NCBI GenBank assembly: GCA_016748015.1 | Contig: JAAOMT010000620.1 | Span: forward strand, 457,391 to 521,390 | Length of the DNA stretch: 64,000 nt | Reading direction: 5' to 3' | From: Geosiphon pyriformis uo1 | Taxonomy: Eukaryota; Fungi; Glomeromycota | In this document: piece after piece, positions 49,250 to 63,923 of the stretch | Layout of the letters: each line of letters opens with the position of its first letter | Numbering within the stretch: the stretch's first letter is position 1 | The notes under the pieces: model-generated | The model's input: the letters and a program-made list of their open reading frames with translations, nothing else | What the model was told of the DNA's origin: nothing | Database searches by the model: none | Position numbers and translations under genes: made by a program

Positions 49250-51429
49250 ATTTTTTTCTTTTTAATAACTAAAAAATTAATTTTTGGTTTTAATTTTTAA
49301 ATTTTTGTACATATTATGTATATGTATTTGTTTTGTTAACAAAATTATTGTTTTTCTAAAAAATATTTAACTGTATGATATTTTAAATTTAAATTTTTAA
49401 AAAAATTAAATTATTTAAAATTAAAAAATAAATTTTGTAAAAATATTTATAAGTAAATTAAATATAAAAAAAATATTCATAATAAATTTTTCTTTTTTAT
49501 ATTTTTATAACTATATTCAAAGTAAAAAATAGGAAAAAAATAACTTTTTTTATTGTTTTTAATAATTTTAATACTTAACCTATTTTTTAAAAATAAAAAC
49601 AGCTAATTAATGCTTTTATAAAATATTTTTTCTAAATAATTTGAATATAAAGCATTTTTTTGACATTTAAATAAAAGTTGTTCTGTATTTAAATAATTAA
49701 TTAAATTCAGTCTTAATGTAATTATTATTATTATTGTTATAAAGAATTTAAAAAACGTTTAATAATAAGTTAATAATAAAAATATTTGTTTTTATACCAA
49801 CTTTTTATTATTATTGTTAAAAAAACAATATTTTGATTTAAAACTTATTTTTTCTTTTAAAATAAAATAAAATATTGGTCTTTTCGGTTTTTTTGGTGTT
49901 TTTACCAACTTTATTACAATTATATCAATTATAATACTTATTTTTAATCTGTTTATAAATAATAATTTTTTTATTTTAAATAATAACAATAATAAAATAT
50001 TTATTAAATTTGGTTTAAATTAATACAGAATTAAATTGCTTAATATTTTAATTAATAATTAATTTTTACCAATTTTAAAAGTAAATTAAGTTATGATTTT
50101 ACATATAACTTTAATTAATTAACTTATTAAATTACTTAATCTTAAAAATTTAATTAATAAAATAAAAACCAAAATATTTTTTTCTAAAAAAGTTAGTAAT
50201 TTTAATAATATTTAAAAAACAAAATATTAATTATTAAAATTTTTTTAATGAGTAATTTTATTTTGATATTTAATAAAATTGTTAAAATTAATTAATTAAA
50301 AATTTGTTATATTTTTATTATTATTTTACAAATATAGTTTAATTATTGTTTAATATAATACAACAAATTAAGTATTTTAAATTAAACATAATTTATATAC
50401 TTGTTATATATAATTTATTAAAACTTTTTTATATAAAATTTGTATTTTAAATATTTTCAAATATTAATATTAAAATTAAATTTGTTAAATTACTTTTTTT
50501 ATTATTTTTAAAATTGTAAAAATTTTTTATAATATTTGTTTTGATAATTGTTTTTTTTATAATTGTTTTTAATAATATTTTATTAAAAGTTTTAGTTAAC
50601 AATATTAAAATTTACTGGTTTATAATAAAATAATATTGTATATTTTAAGCTTTGTTTGGTTTTTAATACTGTTTTTACTTGTTAATTAATTCTAATAAAA
50701 AATAATAATGTTTAAAATTTTCTTTTTTTAATCAAAAAAATTATTGTTAAATTATTTTTTAATTGTATTATTTTTAAAATTAATAATTAAACTTGTTATT
50801 TGTTAAATTAAATTATATATTTAATAAAAAACTTTTAAATATCAATATTATTATAAATATTAAAGTTTAAATTACTTGGTTATTAATTATTAAATTATTT
50901 TTTTGGTTTTTTAAATCTTTTTTAAATTTTTTATTATATCTAAAAATTTTAAAAAACCAAATCATTAATTTTAAAAAAATATATTTAAAAAAATAATTAA
51001 TATGAATTTAAATATATTATAAAAAACAATACCATTTTTTTAATTAAAAAAAATAAAAATTTTAATACTGTTTTTTTTATTAAAATTAATTAAAAAACAA
51101 AACAGTTTTAAAAACTTTAAAAATTTGAAATAACAATAATATATTGTTACAAATTAGTAAATTTTAATTTAATATTAGTAATTTTATTAAAAATTCCAAA
51201 AACATTTTTTATATTATTAATTAAAATATTTAAAAAAAAATATTATAAAATATAATAACAATAAAAAACAGATTTACTACAACAGTTTTTGTAATATTAA
51301 AAGTAATTAGCAAAATTAATTTTAATAATAGTATTTAAAAAAAAAGCTTTATATAAAAAATTTAATATTGTTTTTAATAAAATAAAAAACTAAATACTTT
51401 TTACTTTTTACTTTTTACTTTTTACTTTT

Positions 51430-54400
51430 TACTTTAATTATAATTATAAAAATCACAAAAAAAAACTTTAAACCATATTTTTAATTATAATACTTTTTTA
51501 TTTAATATTAATTTATAAACTATAAATTATTAAAATAATACAACAAAAAAATTTCTTTTTTTTTATCCCAAATTTTCCAAAAAAATATTTTTATAAAAAA
51601 GTTTTTTTTTTCTTTATATTATTTATTAATATTTTATACAATATAAATCTTTTTATTTTAAATTTAATAATTACTACAAGTAATATTATAACAAAAAAAA
51701 GCCAATTAAAAATATTGTTTTTGGTTTTATTAATAATTTTTTGCAAAAATTAAAAGTATTAATTAAAAATATTTAATACTTAAATAATAAAATAGATTTA
51801 GAATTCAAATTATTTTTAAGTAATAAATTTGAAAGTCACTATTTTTTTAAAATTTAAAAAAATTACTAAATTAATATTTATTTTTAAAGAAAACATAAAT
51901 TAAATTATAATATTAATAAAAAAAATTTAAATAAATAATAATCTTAAAAATTAAAGAAATTATTTAGATTAAACTATAAAAATCAAAGAAATTATTTAGA
52001 TTAAACTATAAAAATTAAAGAAATTTTTATAAATATATTTAAGAAATTAATTACTTTAATTTTGTTTAAATTTGTTTAAGTTGTATTAATTTAATTACAA
52101 CTTATTAAACTGTAATAAAAGACTATAATAAAAGTTATTTAATTAAACTAAGTTAATTTATTAATATTTAAGTAATTTATTTTAATTAAAAAATTATATA
52201 TATATAATCAAAACTAATATAAATTAAAAATTTTAAAGCTTTGTTATTTATTTTGCTTATAAATATTATTATATATAATTTTAGTAGTTTTTAAAAAAAA
52301 ACCAATAAAAAAATTGGTGTTATTAAATTATATATTTTTTTATTTAACGCATTTAACGAGTGTAGCCCAATCGCTATCTAGTACATAAAACCAAACTAAG
52401 AGGCTCAAACTAAACGCGACTCACGCACTTTCTACATGTAACTAGCCATTCAGGCCAGACAAGGCAACACTACACATCTATAACTACCCGCACACTGCCA
52501 CTCAGACCAGAAAAGAAACAAAAAGGCTTCCGACGACCAAAGCTAACAGCAAAAGAATTGGCCAAACCAAGCAATCTCACAACACCGTCAGACAAAACCG
52601 AAGACATACCACAAGGGAGCCCAGAAACAACACCAACATCACAGACCAGACCAGTCTTCTCCATCACCACCCGGTGGCTGGCTCTAGCTAACCATACCTT
52701 AGCATGATGTAGACCAACAACAAATCTGACATAATCAACAATCCTAGCAGTGGCCACCTTTTTATCCTCAAAAACATCGCAAGCCTCCTCATACCACTCC
52801 TCCAGCACAAACCCTTTGCACACCAAAGTGTACAGCCCAACATCAATGGAACATTGAGACAAAACCCACAACACAGCAGAAGCAGAGGAACCACCAGCCA
52901 AAGCTGATCAATGAGCAGAAGCCTCCGCCAAAATCTTACCACGAATGCCAGACTCATGAACACAAGTAAAAACGTGGTCAGAGAACTCCACCTCACTGCA
53001 AAACAAACACAACACACTAGGGTAACATTTATCATACAACCTCTTCCTAATGGCCACCGGCAACCTTCTGTGCACAGCCTTCATAACATAAGTGCAAAGC
53101 GATGAGGATGCACGGCTAGTGAACCCAGCAAGCATATGAGAATCAGGATGCCACACCTTTGCCGTGACAACCCAGTCTATGCAACCAATCATCGCATCCG
53201 GAACTACATCACAACCAGGCCCAGCTTCCCAACGAGCACAACGAATTGATCGAAAAATATTTCTGACAAAATGACGGGCATTACCAGAAACAGCGACACC
53301 CTCAGCAACCAAAAAATGTTCACGCACATTGGCACAAAGAAAAAAGGGAGACCCAGAGGCAGTTCCAGCAGCCAAGTCAGCTCTCACATTACCAGGAATC
53401 CCAGAGTGTCCTTTTACCTTAACCCAACTCACACTAAGATTCTTATTCCTGACCAAATTGAAAATATGACGCCTTTCCAGCCAGCATTGATTACGGAAAT
53501 CAGAAGCAACCAAAGACATCTCAGACACACATGTGTCAATGGCAGTCTGGCTGTCAAGACACAACACCACAGTACTTGAAGAAGGAACACACTCCAAAGC
53601 CAAAGCAACAGCCTGTAACTCGGCCATAGTAGATGACAAAAGACCACGAACAGCAACACCAATACTCATATCCAAGACCGAAAAGTATGCAGCAGCACCA
53701 CAGGTGACCTCAGCAGAGCCTGCATTCCTCAAAGACCCATCCGTGAAAACTTCAAAAGAGCCCTACCAAATGTCATGCAATCCATCTTTAACCGCAGAAA
53801 ACTCCCCAGACCTCAAAATGTCCAAACCAAGCTTTTCTGCTGAGCCAACAGAACCAGAAAATGAGTAACCCTGACCTTTCAAAAACTCAGAAGAAACCAT
53901 GAACCAGTGAGGCACAAGGCCATGTGGATCCAACCTCTTCCAACGACGAAAAGTTTTCCAATCCAACAAAACACTTTTCTTATCAAAAAGCCGATCACCA
54001 AAAGCAACACCAAAACGTTTAAGAGATTTGACCGAATTAAAATACAGAGACTTTCCAAGAACAGAGGACAACGGGAACCGACCAGGACTACGAAATGCAG
54101 TGGGGAGGTTGTTCACCAAAGTAAGCTCATTGCCCAGAAAGATCTTCACCATCCCAGCCAAAAAATTGTTCACCAGACTAACACGCAACCTGACCAGAAA
54201 CTGCAAAGGATCTAAAGGAGCCCAACCAAGAATCTGTAGGTCTAAAAACCTATGTCTAAACAAACGCCCAAGAATGCCAAAAGCATTAAAGAATGCCATC
54301 AAAGCAGCAACCTTCCCTTCAGACTGCATCTGTTCAAAAGGCTTTAAGCCATACAATGAGGGATGATGCAAAGCAGTGTCAAGAAAATCACAGGGGAGAC

Positions 54401-55000
54401 AGGCCTTGGACCTAAGACCCTTTCTAACCAAGACATCCCACTTGCGACAAACATTAGATGAGACAAAACTGAACTAAGTACGATAGCTAACAATAGGCTG
54501 CAAAACAGCCGACATCAGATACGAGAATTGTTTGTCTGTAATAGCCTTCTTAAGCACAACATTGACGAAGAAACGTACATCCACATGAGCCTTGGCAACA
54601 CTTAGCTTGGAGAGCCCCTCAGTCGACAAATTATATATTTAATATTAAAGTTTATTATATAATTATATATTTTAATTTTAAAAAAACTTTAAATTAGATT
54701 TAGTATATTTAATAAAATCAATTTTTTTTAGACTAAACTAAATCTAATTTGTTATAAAAAATATAAAAAATTTGAATATTTTGTTTTAAAATATAATTTT
54801 TTTATCTCTTTTAATAAGTTTTTTAAAAAAATGTTTTTAAAAAAAATCTATTCTTATTTGGTTAATATCTATGCTAAAAAAAAGTTTTTATTTTATATTT
54901 TGCTGTTTTTAATAACAAATTTTGAATTTAAATAATTTTTTTAATTAAATTTTTAGTAATAATTTTAAATAAATTCTATTTTTACATAATATTTTTTTTA
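51430..55000 (+). mobile_element. Heavily decayed LINE ORF1 hosting a younger antisense LINE insertion
   Basis: 52235-52330 and 54720-54800 align with 19470-19565 and 19670-19750 of the other decayed LINE. Ends are approximate. Confidence 0.6.
52338..54627 (-). mobile_element. 5'-truncated LINE (post-RT region, RNase H, C-terminal Cys/His motif, 3' UTR)
   Basis: FTDGSL..AELQAVALAL..DSQ..WVKVKGHSGIPGNVRAD; CLFCSEVEFSDHVFTC; A-tail; 13-bp TSD AAATTATATATTT at 52325-52337 and 54628-54640. Confidence 0.93.
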
Positions 55001-57444
55001 ATAATAATTTTTTTTCAAAAATTTTACAATTGAACAAATTAAAAAAAAGGTTAAAACTTATTTTTTATCAGTATTATCAATAAATTTTTTTAGTTTTTAA
55101 TACAAAAATTACAATATATACTATAAAAATTATTATTAAATCATAAAAAAAAGACTTATATTATTATATTAGATTAACAAAATCAGCCAGCAAATAGAAA
55201 ACAAAAAATTGATAATTAATTTAATAACAACAAAAAAATATAATCTAATTTAATTATTTAATTAAAATAAGTACAAAAAAATCTTGGCAAATTAAGAAAC
55301 ATCAATAAAAATTAAGAATTAATATATATAACTTAATAATAATAAATTTTATTATGCTTTAAAATTTTTATATGTTTTTATTTATGCAGTTTAATATTTT
55401 AAATTTGCAATTATTTTTAGAAATAATTACTAAAAAATATAATTAATTAATCTATTTTTAATTATATTACTTATAATTACAATTATTATTATATAATTAA
55501 ATTTTAAATTTAGTTATTTAAATTAAAATTAATGAAAAAATAATATATTAAGTAAGCTTATAATTAAATTAATTAAATTAATATATTTAGATAATTTTAA
55601 TAAAATATGTAAATTTAATATAATTTAACTATATATATAAGTTTTTTATTAGTTCAAAAAAGTATTAATTTTATAAGCCAACTTTTTATAGTTTTATAAT
55701 AAGCAATAAGTTTTTTTTTAATATATTTTTCTTTTTTTTTAAGCTTTAAATATTTGTTATTAATGTTTTAAATATGTTAAATACTTATTATTAATATGTT
55801 GAATTTTTTATTATTTTATATTTTTAAATTATGTGTTATTTACATTTTTTATTATGTCTTATTTTAATATATAAATTATTAATAAAATTAATTAATTTTA
55901 TCTTTATTATAGTATTAACCAAATAATAAATTATAAATATAATTTTAACAATAATATTTAAATTATTATAAATTTCTTAATAATTTTTTTATTTTCACTT
56001 TTTATAAAACTGGATTTTTAAATATTACATATTTTTAATAATTAATTAAAAATTTTTTGGTTATAATATTATTAAATTAGTTTTAATTTCTGGTTGGTTA
56101 TATTTTTTATGCTTTTATAAAATTTGATTATTTTTTTTAGAAATTTTCTATTAAAGCTGTTTTTTGTTTAAAAATAAATAATAATAACAATATTTTTTTT
56201 ATTTTAATTAATTAATTATTTTTATTTTTATTCTTCCAAATATTAAAATAATTTATATATTTATATATATATTATAATTAATAATTATATATATAGTTAT
56301 GTATATTATTTAGAAAAAGCATTGTTATTATTAAAAAAATTATTAAATTCATGTTTTTTTCTTAGTAATATTATATAATATTAATTCTTAAAAGATTAAA
56401 TATTCTATTTTTTTTTTAAAATACTATTATAAATTAAAGTAACAAACTTATAAATAGCAAAAAAATAATTAAAAAAACATATTAAATTGTAAATATTTAA
56501 TATATATAATCAATTTAAAATTATAATTACTTAATTTTTTCGAAAAATTCAAAAGTAAAAAAATAATTTGTAATTATTAACAAAATAATAATACTGTTAT
56601 TATTTTATGTCTTATTTAGTAATTTTTAAAATTAATAACAAGTATTATTGTGTTTTTTGATTATTTTTTTATTTAATAATTTACAAAAACAAATAATTGC
56701 TTTTTAAACTAATTTTAATATTCAAATTAAGAAAAAAAAAATAAAGTATATAAATACTAACAAATAATTTTTTATTTACAAATATTTAAATACTTAAAAA
56801 TTAAAAATTAAAAAAAAATAAGAAGATAAAAAAAGTATTAAATAGTAATTGTTATTTTATTACTTTAATTTTTAATCTGTTTTTTATAGTTAAAAAACTT
56901 ATTACTTATATAGTTATTTAAAATAATTAATAATCAAATTAGCAAATAAATTAATAATTAAGTTATTAATCAAATTAATAATTAGATTAGTAATTAAATT
57001 AATAACCAAATTATTAATTAAATTAATAATTATTATTTAAAAATAAAATGACTAATTATATAATATTATTAATTAATACATATAATAATTAATAAAAACT
57101 ATGATTTTTAACTATAATAATACTATTTTTTTTTGGTTTTTAATAACTATTTTTGATATAATTTTAAACAATTTTTTTATAATTACAGCTATAAATAAAA
57201 ACTTATTTGTGTCTTAAGTAATAATTTCAATAATAATAATTTCAAAAAAAATGTTAATTTCAAAAAGTATTTGAATTTTGTTTAATTAATTCTTTAATAA
57301 ATAGCTTTATAATTTTTTTTTTTATATTTTAATAAGTGAGGTCCAAACGCAACCTAGTGCTATACATCATACAAATGATCTAAACTAGATGCGAATCATG
57401 CGCTTTCTACACATGACCAGCCACTCGGGCCAGTCAGGACTACA

Positions 57445-60400
57445 CTATACACTTATATGCACAGAAACCAAATCTCCAATATCTGAAAAAAATGGACAAA
57501 ATTTACGAAACCCAAAACCAACACCAAATGCTTCAGCCACCTTCAGCAATCTGACCACACCAGCCAAAAGCACCTTAGGCAAAGCAGAAACCGAAGCAGG
57601 AATGGAGCCATCACTTGGAATCAAACCATGCTTCTCCATAAACACTCGGTGTCTGGCCCAGACCAACCAAACATCATCCCGAAATGCTAAACAAAACTCA
57701 TGCACAAAGCTCACAATCCTCTTAGCACCCTCCCTAGAATCTTTAAAGACCGAGATAGACTCACGAAACCATTCATCGAAAACAAAACTCTTACACAGAG
57801 CAACACTAACTCCAACCTCAGAAACACAAGAAGCTAAGGCCTGTAATACACATAAAGAAGAGCAAGAAAGGCCAGAAAGAGCCTCCCAAGTTGAAGCATG
57901 TGTGCCCAACAAATGAGCACGGCCAACAGCATCCTGAGGACATGAAAAAACATGATCCGAGGTCTTAACATCACCACAAAACAGACAGACCACACTGGAG
58001 TAACTCCTGTCATATAAATGCTTGCACACAGCAACAGGAAGCCGATGATGGAGAGCCTTCATAAAGTAAGTACGACATCCTGCCGTGCGCATGGTGGTAA
58101 AACTGGATGCCAAGTGAGAATTGGGGTGCCACACCATAGAAGACATAGACCAATTGACATCAGCACGCAAACTATCATCCATAACACGAGAACCCACTCC
58201 AATCTCCCAACGAGCTCAATGAAACGACCGGAAAACATCACGAACAAAGTGTCTAGAATTACCAGAAACCGCCGTATCATCAGCACATAAAAAACGTTCA
58301 CTGACTAAATGAGGTAGGCGCCAAGCAGAGCGAGCAGCACCCTTGGCAAGCGCATCAGCATGCTCGTTGTCTGAGACATCTGAATGACCTTTCACCTTAA
58401 CCCAATTCACATCCAAATTCTTTTGATGAATGACGGTGGCAATATGACAACACTCGATCCAACAGCGGTTCCTGAAATCCGGACAAACCAGCGACGACTC
58501 TGACCTACATGCATCTAAAGCAGCCTGGCTATCCAAGAACAAGTCAATCGAATGAGAAAAAGGAACACACTCAAGGGCCAAAGCTATGGCCTGCAGTTCC
58601 GTCAGAGTAGAAGAAACCAAACCAGACACCCCAACACCCAAACCCAAGTTAATGTTTTCAAAAAAAGCGGCAGCACCTGCTTTCATGTTAGCAGTGCCCA
58701 GACCAGAAAGAGACCCATCCGTATACACAGAAAGGTGGACAGCATCAATGGTTGGCAAAATGTCACGAATCACACCAAAATTATGAGAAAGATGAATATC
58801 AGACACAGCTTGACCATCTACCAAAGAAGAACTTGAGGAGAGAGGAACAACACCACCAAGAAAGCAAATGGAAAGATCAAACCAGAAAGGGACTGGGCCA
58901 TGAGGGTCTAGCCTCTTCCAGCGTTTGAAGATACTCCAACTGAAAACATCACCATTACGGTCACGAAGCTGTTCCACGAAAGCAATTCTATAACGCCTGA
59001 GTGAAGAGATGCACTTGAAAAAACAGGATTTACCAAGAACCAAAGACATAGGAGTACCATACCGACGACAAAAAGCACAATCCAGAGAACCTTCCAAAGA
59101 CAAATCACACCCAGAAAAAATGCGAACTACACCTGCCAAAAAATTATCTGAGGGACCAACACCAATACAAACCAGAAACAGCAAAGGATGACGAGAATGC
59201 CAGCTGAGAACCTGGAGGTCATGAGACCTATGAGAAAACAAGCGACCCAAGACACCAGTAGAATTCGCAAAAGCAACAACGGAGGCCGATTTACTCTCAG
59301 CCTGTATCTGTTCGAAAGTTTTTAAATTGTACAAAAAGAGGTGATGAAGTGCATCACTGGGGAAATCATGCGGCAACTCAGACTTGGACTTTAAGACCTT
59401 GTGAACCAGAGCATCCCATTTACTATAAACACCAACAGAAACGAAACTGAACTGAGTCCTGTAGCTGATGATAGGGAAAAGAACTGCAGACACCAAATAT
59501 GCACACTGTTTGTCCGAAATTGCCTTTCTTAAAACAAGATTCGCAAAGAACCGTACATCAGCCTGGGCCTTAGCCAAGCTGGGCTTCGAAAGACCTTCAG
59601 AAGACAAAAAAATACCCAAATAGTGATGAGATTCCCTTCTCTTGGCAATGAAAATAGGTGCCCCACTAATAGTCAAATGAGGATCCAGCACCCGGCAATT
59701 GATGGGGATGGCCACCATTTTGTCATTGTTTATAGAAATATCGTTAAACCTAAAAAACTCACTAGCAACATCAAGGATGCGTTGTGTAGCAGTCTGGCTG
59801 CTACCAACCCAGATAGTATTATCGACAAAAGCGCTGGCAGCAAGAAATGAAGACAGCCCAGCTCGAGGATCCACCCGGCCAGTCCTTGATATGAAATGAG
59901 AATTCAACCTGTAACCATACACACTATCCTGTCTCTTGACCTCACACAAAAGTGAATCATAAAAAATACGCCAGAGAAGAGGCGAGAAAACTTCCCCTTG
60001 ATCCAGCCTATCGTGGACACAATACCCATCAGTCAAGCCAAAGTTGGTCATCACTTTGTTGATGCGACCATTGTGAATACTGCCAAAAAATCTAATAAAC
60101 CTGTCACACATTTTGATCCTGACTAGACTCCTCCTAAGATGTTCCCAACCAACTGAGTCATAAGCTTTGCGCATGTCCTGTAAAACCAGCCAAAGTTCAC
60201 GGTTCTTTTCCAAGGCATTCTTAACCACAGAACCAATAGCAAAAATGGGAGATTGAGTCATCGTATCCTTCAAAACCGAAAAATTGTCCCCACAAAAAAC
60301 ATCAAAAGTGCTGCAAGCCAGAGAGATCCTATCCGAAAGGATCTTGGAGAGAATCTTGCAGGCTATTTCAATTAAAGCTATAAGACGGGTGTTCATGAGA

Positions 60401-62133
60401 ACTCCCTCCCATTCATATGGTTTAGGAATCATCAAAACCCAAGCTTCTCTTCAAAGCCCAGGGACCGACTCGCCAACCAAACAGAAATTCAAGAGCACCA
60501 AAAGCATATCCAAAACAGATTTGTCACAATGTTTCCATAATTCATTGGAGATACCAGAAAGACCAGCCACTTTTTCATCAGAAAGATCCTTAACAACAGC
60601 TAACAACTCATCAAAACTAATCAAACACATGACATCAGAGAAAGCACCATCGAATACGTAATCCAGAGGCCAATATTAACAGGCCCAATCCTCAGATAAG
60701 TCAGATACCACCTCACGTTTTCTGGTCCATCCCTTCATAATTTTGTCCACCTTAGACTTAACCAAATCAGGCTCTAAAATCAACTCATCTTCTACAACCA
60801 AATGATCCAGGACCACCTTGCAAAGAGGACACTCCAAAACACTCCTAATGGTATGACCCTTGTTCAGCTCAAAACTCTCTATTCTCTTACCAATAGCTTG
60901 CTTGATCAAGGATTCCTCAGCCCGCTTGGATTCCGCTAACTTGAAGGAGCAGTATGATTTTCTAGCTTTGGCCAGTGCAGAGCAAATAAGATCAAAATTA
61001 GAACCTGAAAGAAACAGAGACTTAACCACTGATGCACCAGGGGAGTCGAGTCTGTGCCACACCTTCAACAAAGAAGCAAAACCATCACTAGAAGCCAAAC
61101 ATGAAGCCTTGACCAACTTAGAAACCAGCAGCTCCAGCTTGTGAAACCTAGAAGAAGTCTTGGTGAACACGCCATCAAAACCTTTGAACCATTTTTTTTT
61201 AAATGTACTACTCATTGAAAGAACCATAATCTTGTGAACAATGTCTTACATAGCGTCCACATCTGAAAATTTTACTGCCACACCAAAAGCATCCAAGAAC
61301 ATAGAGACATTAGCAGCTGAGGCATCCCTGAACTCCAACCACTTAGCTTTATTGGCACTTTTGACGTCAAACTTCCAACGATCTTTATTCACTTGCTTGC
61401 AAAGAGAATTCAAACACGTATCCAAGAGCCCACCCAAACCCAAATTCACTGAAACAGCTTGATGGTCTGTGTCAAAATGCTCACTGACATTCAAAACCTT
61501 ACGACGCACTATCGCATTGACAAGACTTGAGAAGACAAACACGTAATCAATTGTTTTCTTAATGCCCCTAGAATTTTCCCAAGTGGGCATTTTTGCAGCC
61601 GGGCTGCCAACTAAAGAATTGACCAGACCCAAATCAAAACATCTTTTGAAACTTGCACTTTTATGAGAGCCATCTTCATTAAAATCGCCACCGAGAATGA
61701 TGAAAGAAGATTCGTTGACAGTCTTTGCAATGAGAGAATTGATTTCACCAGCTTGAGAAAACCGAACCACTGAAGAAGCACCAGCATAAAGCCCCAAAAT
61801 TGACACAGAAAGTTTACTCTTAAAAAGTAATTTAATGGAAAGGAGCCGACCAGGCACCTCAGAAACCTTGCACACATGACGAGCCAAAGAAACATTCATG
61901 ATAACAGCAACACCCGCATCCAAGTGACCAAAGTCCAAACCAGAAGTGAACACTTGGACACCGTCGAACTTGTCTGCAATCTATGGACAAACCCTACTCT
62001 TTAATTTCATTTCAGTAACAATAGAGACTAAATTGTTCATTTCCTTATGCCACCTAATAATGTCTTCTTGTTTAACAGGATTGTTCATGCCCCTGACATT
62101 GCACGTAGCAACTTTCCAGACTAAACTGCTTAT
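57445..62133 (-). pseudogene. LINE ORF2: APE endonuclease, reverse transcriptase, RNase H, Cys/His motif
   Basis: EN: TCNVRGMN, VTEMKL, LGGDFNE, IDYVF, TDHQAV. RT: QDMRKAYDSV, DQGEVFSPLLW, AFVDNT, YLGIFL. RH: YTDGS, TELQAI, DSQAAL, KVKGHS, NEHAD. C-terminal CLFCGDVKTSDHVFSC. Confidence 0.93.
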
Positions 62134-63923
62134 TGAGTAAGAGGTAGAGATACCTAAAGCGCACCTAAACTGTCCACTTTGGCCGAAAGGCCCAGAACCG
62201 TTTCCATTAGACACTTCATGCTGTCTTCCAGCTTAGACACCAAAGACATATCAAAAGACACCGCTCCCGCGACATTCCTACCACTAGTGGACACACTCGA
62301 ACCCTCACTCATCACTACATCTGCCCCTTGATCCTGTGATGAAGGGGTTACCAACGGCTGACATCTAGGGCTAGGCTGGGAAACCATTGGTCCGAGTGCA
62401 TCCAACCTCTTAGCCAGCTTACCAACTTACTCCGCAAGACTGGTGAGACTGTGCTCAAGAGCGGCGAACCTATTGTTGACTTCCATCGTAACCAGTTGGG
62501 ACGGCTTCATTTCTGAAGAGGAGCCATTTGTTACCACAACATTCTGACCAGAGAGGGGGAGTGAAAAAGACCCGTGAACAACCTTTGTCCAAGAAAGACC
62601 ACCAAAAGAGACTGGACAGGCAACTGGAGCCGAGCGTTTGACATAAATGGTTGCCAGCCTGCTTTTATCTGTATCCAAGAAAACCCTACGCAGTGAACTA
62701 CTAGAAGACAATTTCCCACCAACTGCACAACCCAATAACGTGTGACCCAATTTCTCACACTTGGCGCATCTAGTAGAAATAAGATAAGACCAGTGGAGAT
62801 TGATGTTCCTGAGTACTGGCGTGGTTCCCACAGCAGCATCCAATGACTCAGCAGAGTCGAAACAAACAACAGCACACCTGGCCCGAGTATACGTAACAGA
62901 ATGACAATTAATGACGCACGTTTTCCCACCCACAGATCTAACAAAGTCCCAGATATCATGAGCATTGGTTCCCATCGGCAACATATAGAGCAGCACCCTA
63001 TGTTGGTCCCTAACATCCCATGCTTTCTTGTCTGAATTAGCTCTAGCCACACGCACAGCATCTTTCTCGATTAAGATGGACCACTCAGCTGCAGCCAAAT
63101 CAGCCTGATCCGATTGTTCGAATTCCACCACCGCCTTCTGCCACAGCCCGATTAACTGTATCTTGATCGCCCTAATAACTCCAAACTCGGATAGTGCAGC
63201 ACGCACAGCCTCAGCCAATGTTCCAACCGGAATTTTTTTCACGACCACAGCCCGATCTGATCGCCCAGATGCTTTTTTGAGATCGGCGTTTACTAAGATC
63301 TTCACATTCGCAGCTTTATCAGTAGTTTTCATTAGACTTGATTCAGAAGTGAACGTCGCCCTGATGATTCCTGAGAATTTTGAGGGAGTAGATGCCCCCC
63401 CAAAACCATTGATTCCAGAAAACAACTTCCTCACCACCACAAGTTTTTTCTGAGAAGATTTGCCGGCCACTTTATCCAAGCCAATATCTAATGTGAATGA
63501 TTTTCTGACTGAAACATTGACCAAATTTCTCACAGAAGGAGGGAGCTCAAGAAGAGCATCCAAGAGAACACCATCATTATTACCATCTTTTGAGAAGTCA
63601 ATTTTCCCCAATGGCTTGCCCAACGCCTTTTTGGTTTTAACCTTCGAACTTGTGGGCGTCTGATCATAATCTCCACCAGCCAGAGCTCCACCTTTACCAT
63701 AATCAAAGCTGGTTTCCTCCACCAGACACTCCTCTTCCATATCAACACTTTCAGACTCAGTAGTGTCTCCAGTCTCCGAACCCCATGAACAAACACCAGG
63801 AACTTCAGCAGCAACCCTTCCGTTATCAACACCCTCTGCCAACACACCTCCCTTCCTCTTTTTTCTTGATGCAACCGCTTTAAAACCACTCTCAGAACCA
63901 GAAACTTTAGCAGTCTTTTTCAT
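62130..63923 (-). pseudogene. LINE ORF1 (RRM-like repeats, CCHC knuckle, coiled coil)
   Basis: The 498-aa ORF continues in frame through 62405-62154 to a TAA at 62130-62132; knuckle CAKCEKLGHTLLGC. Confidence 0.88.
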
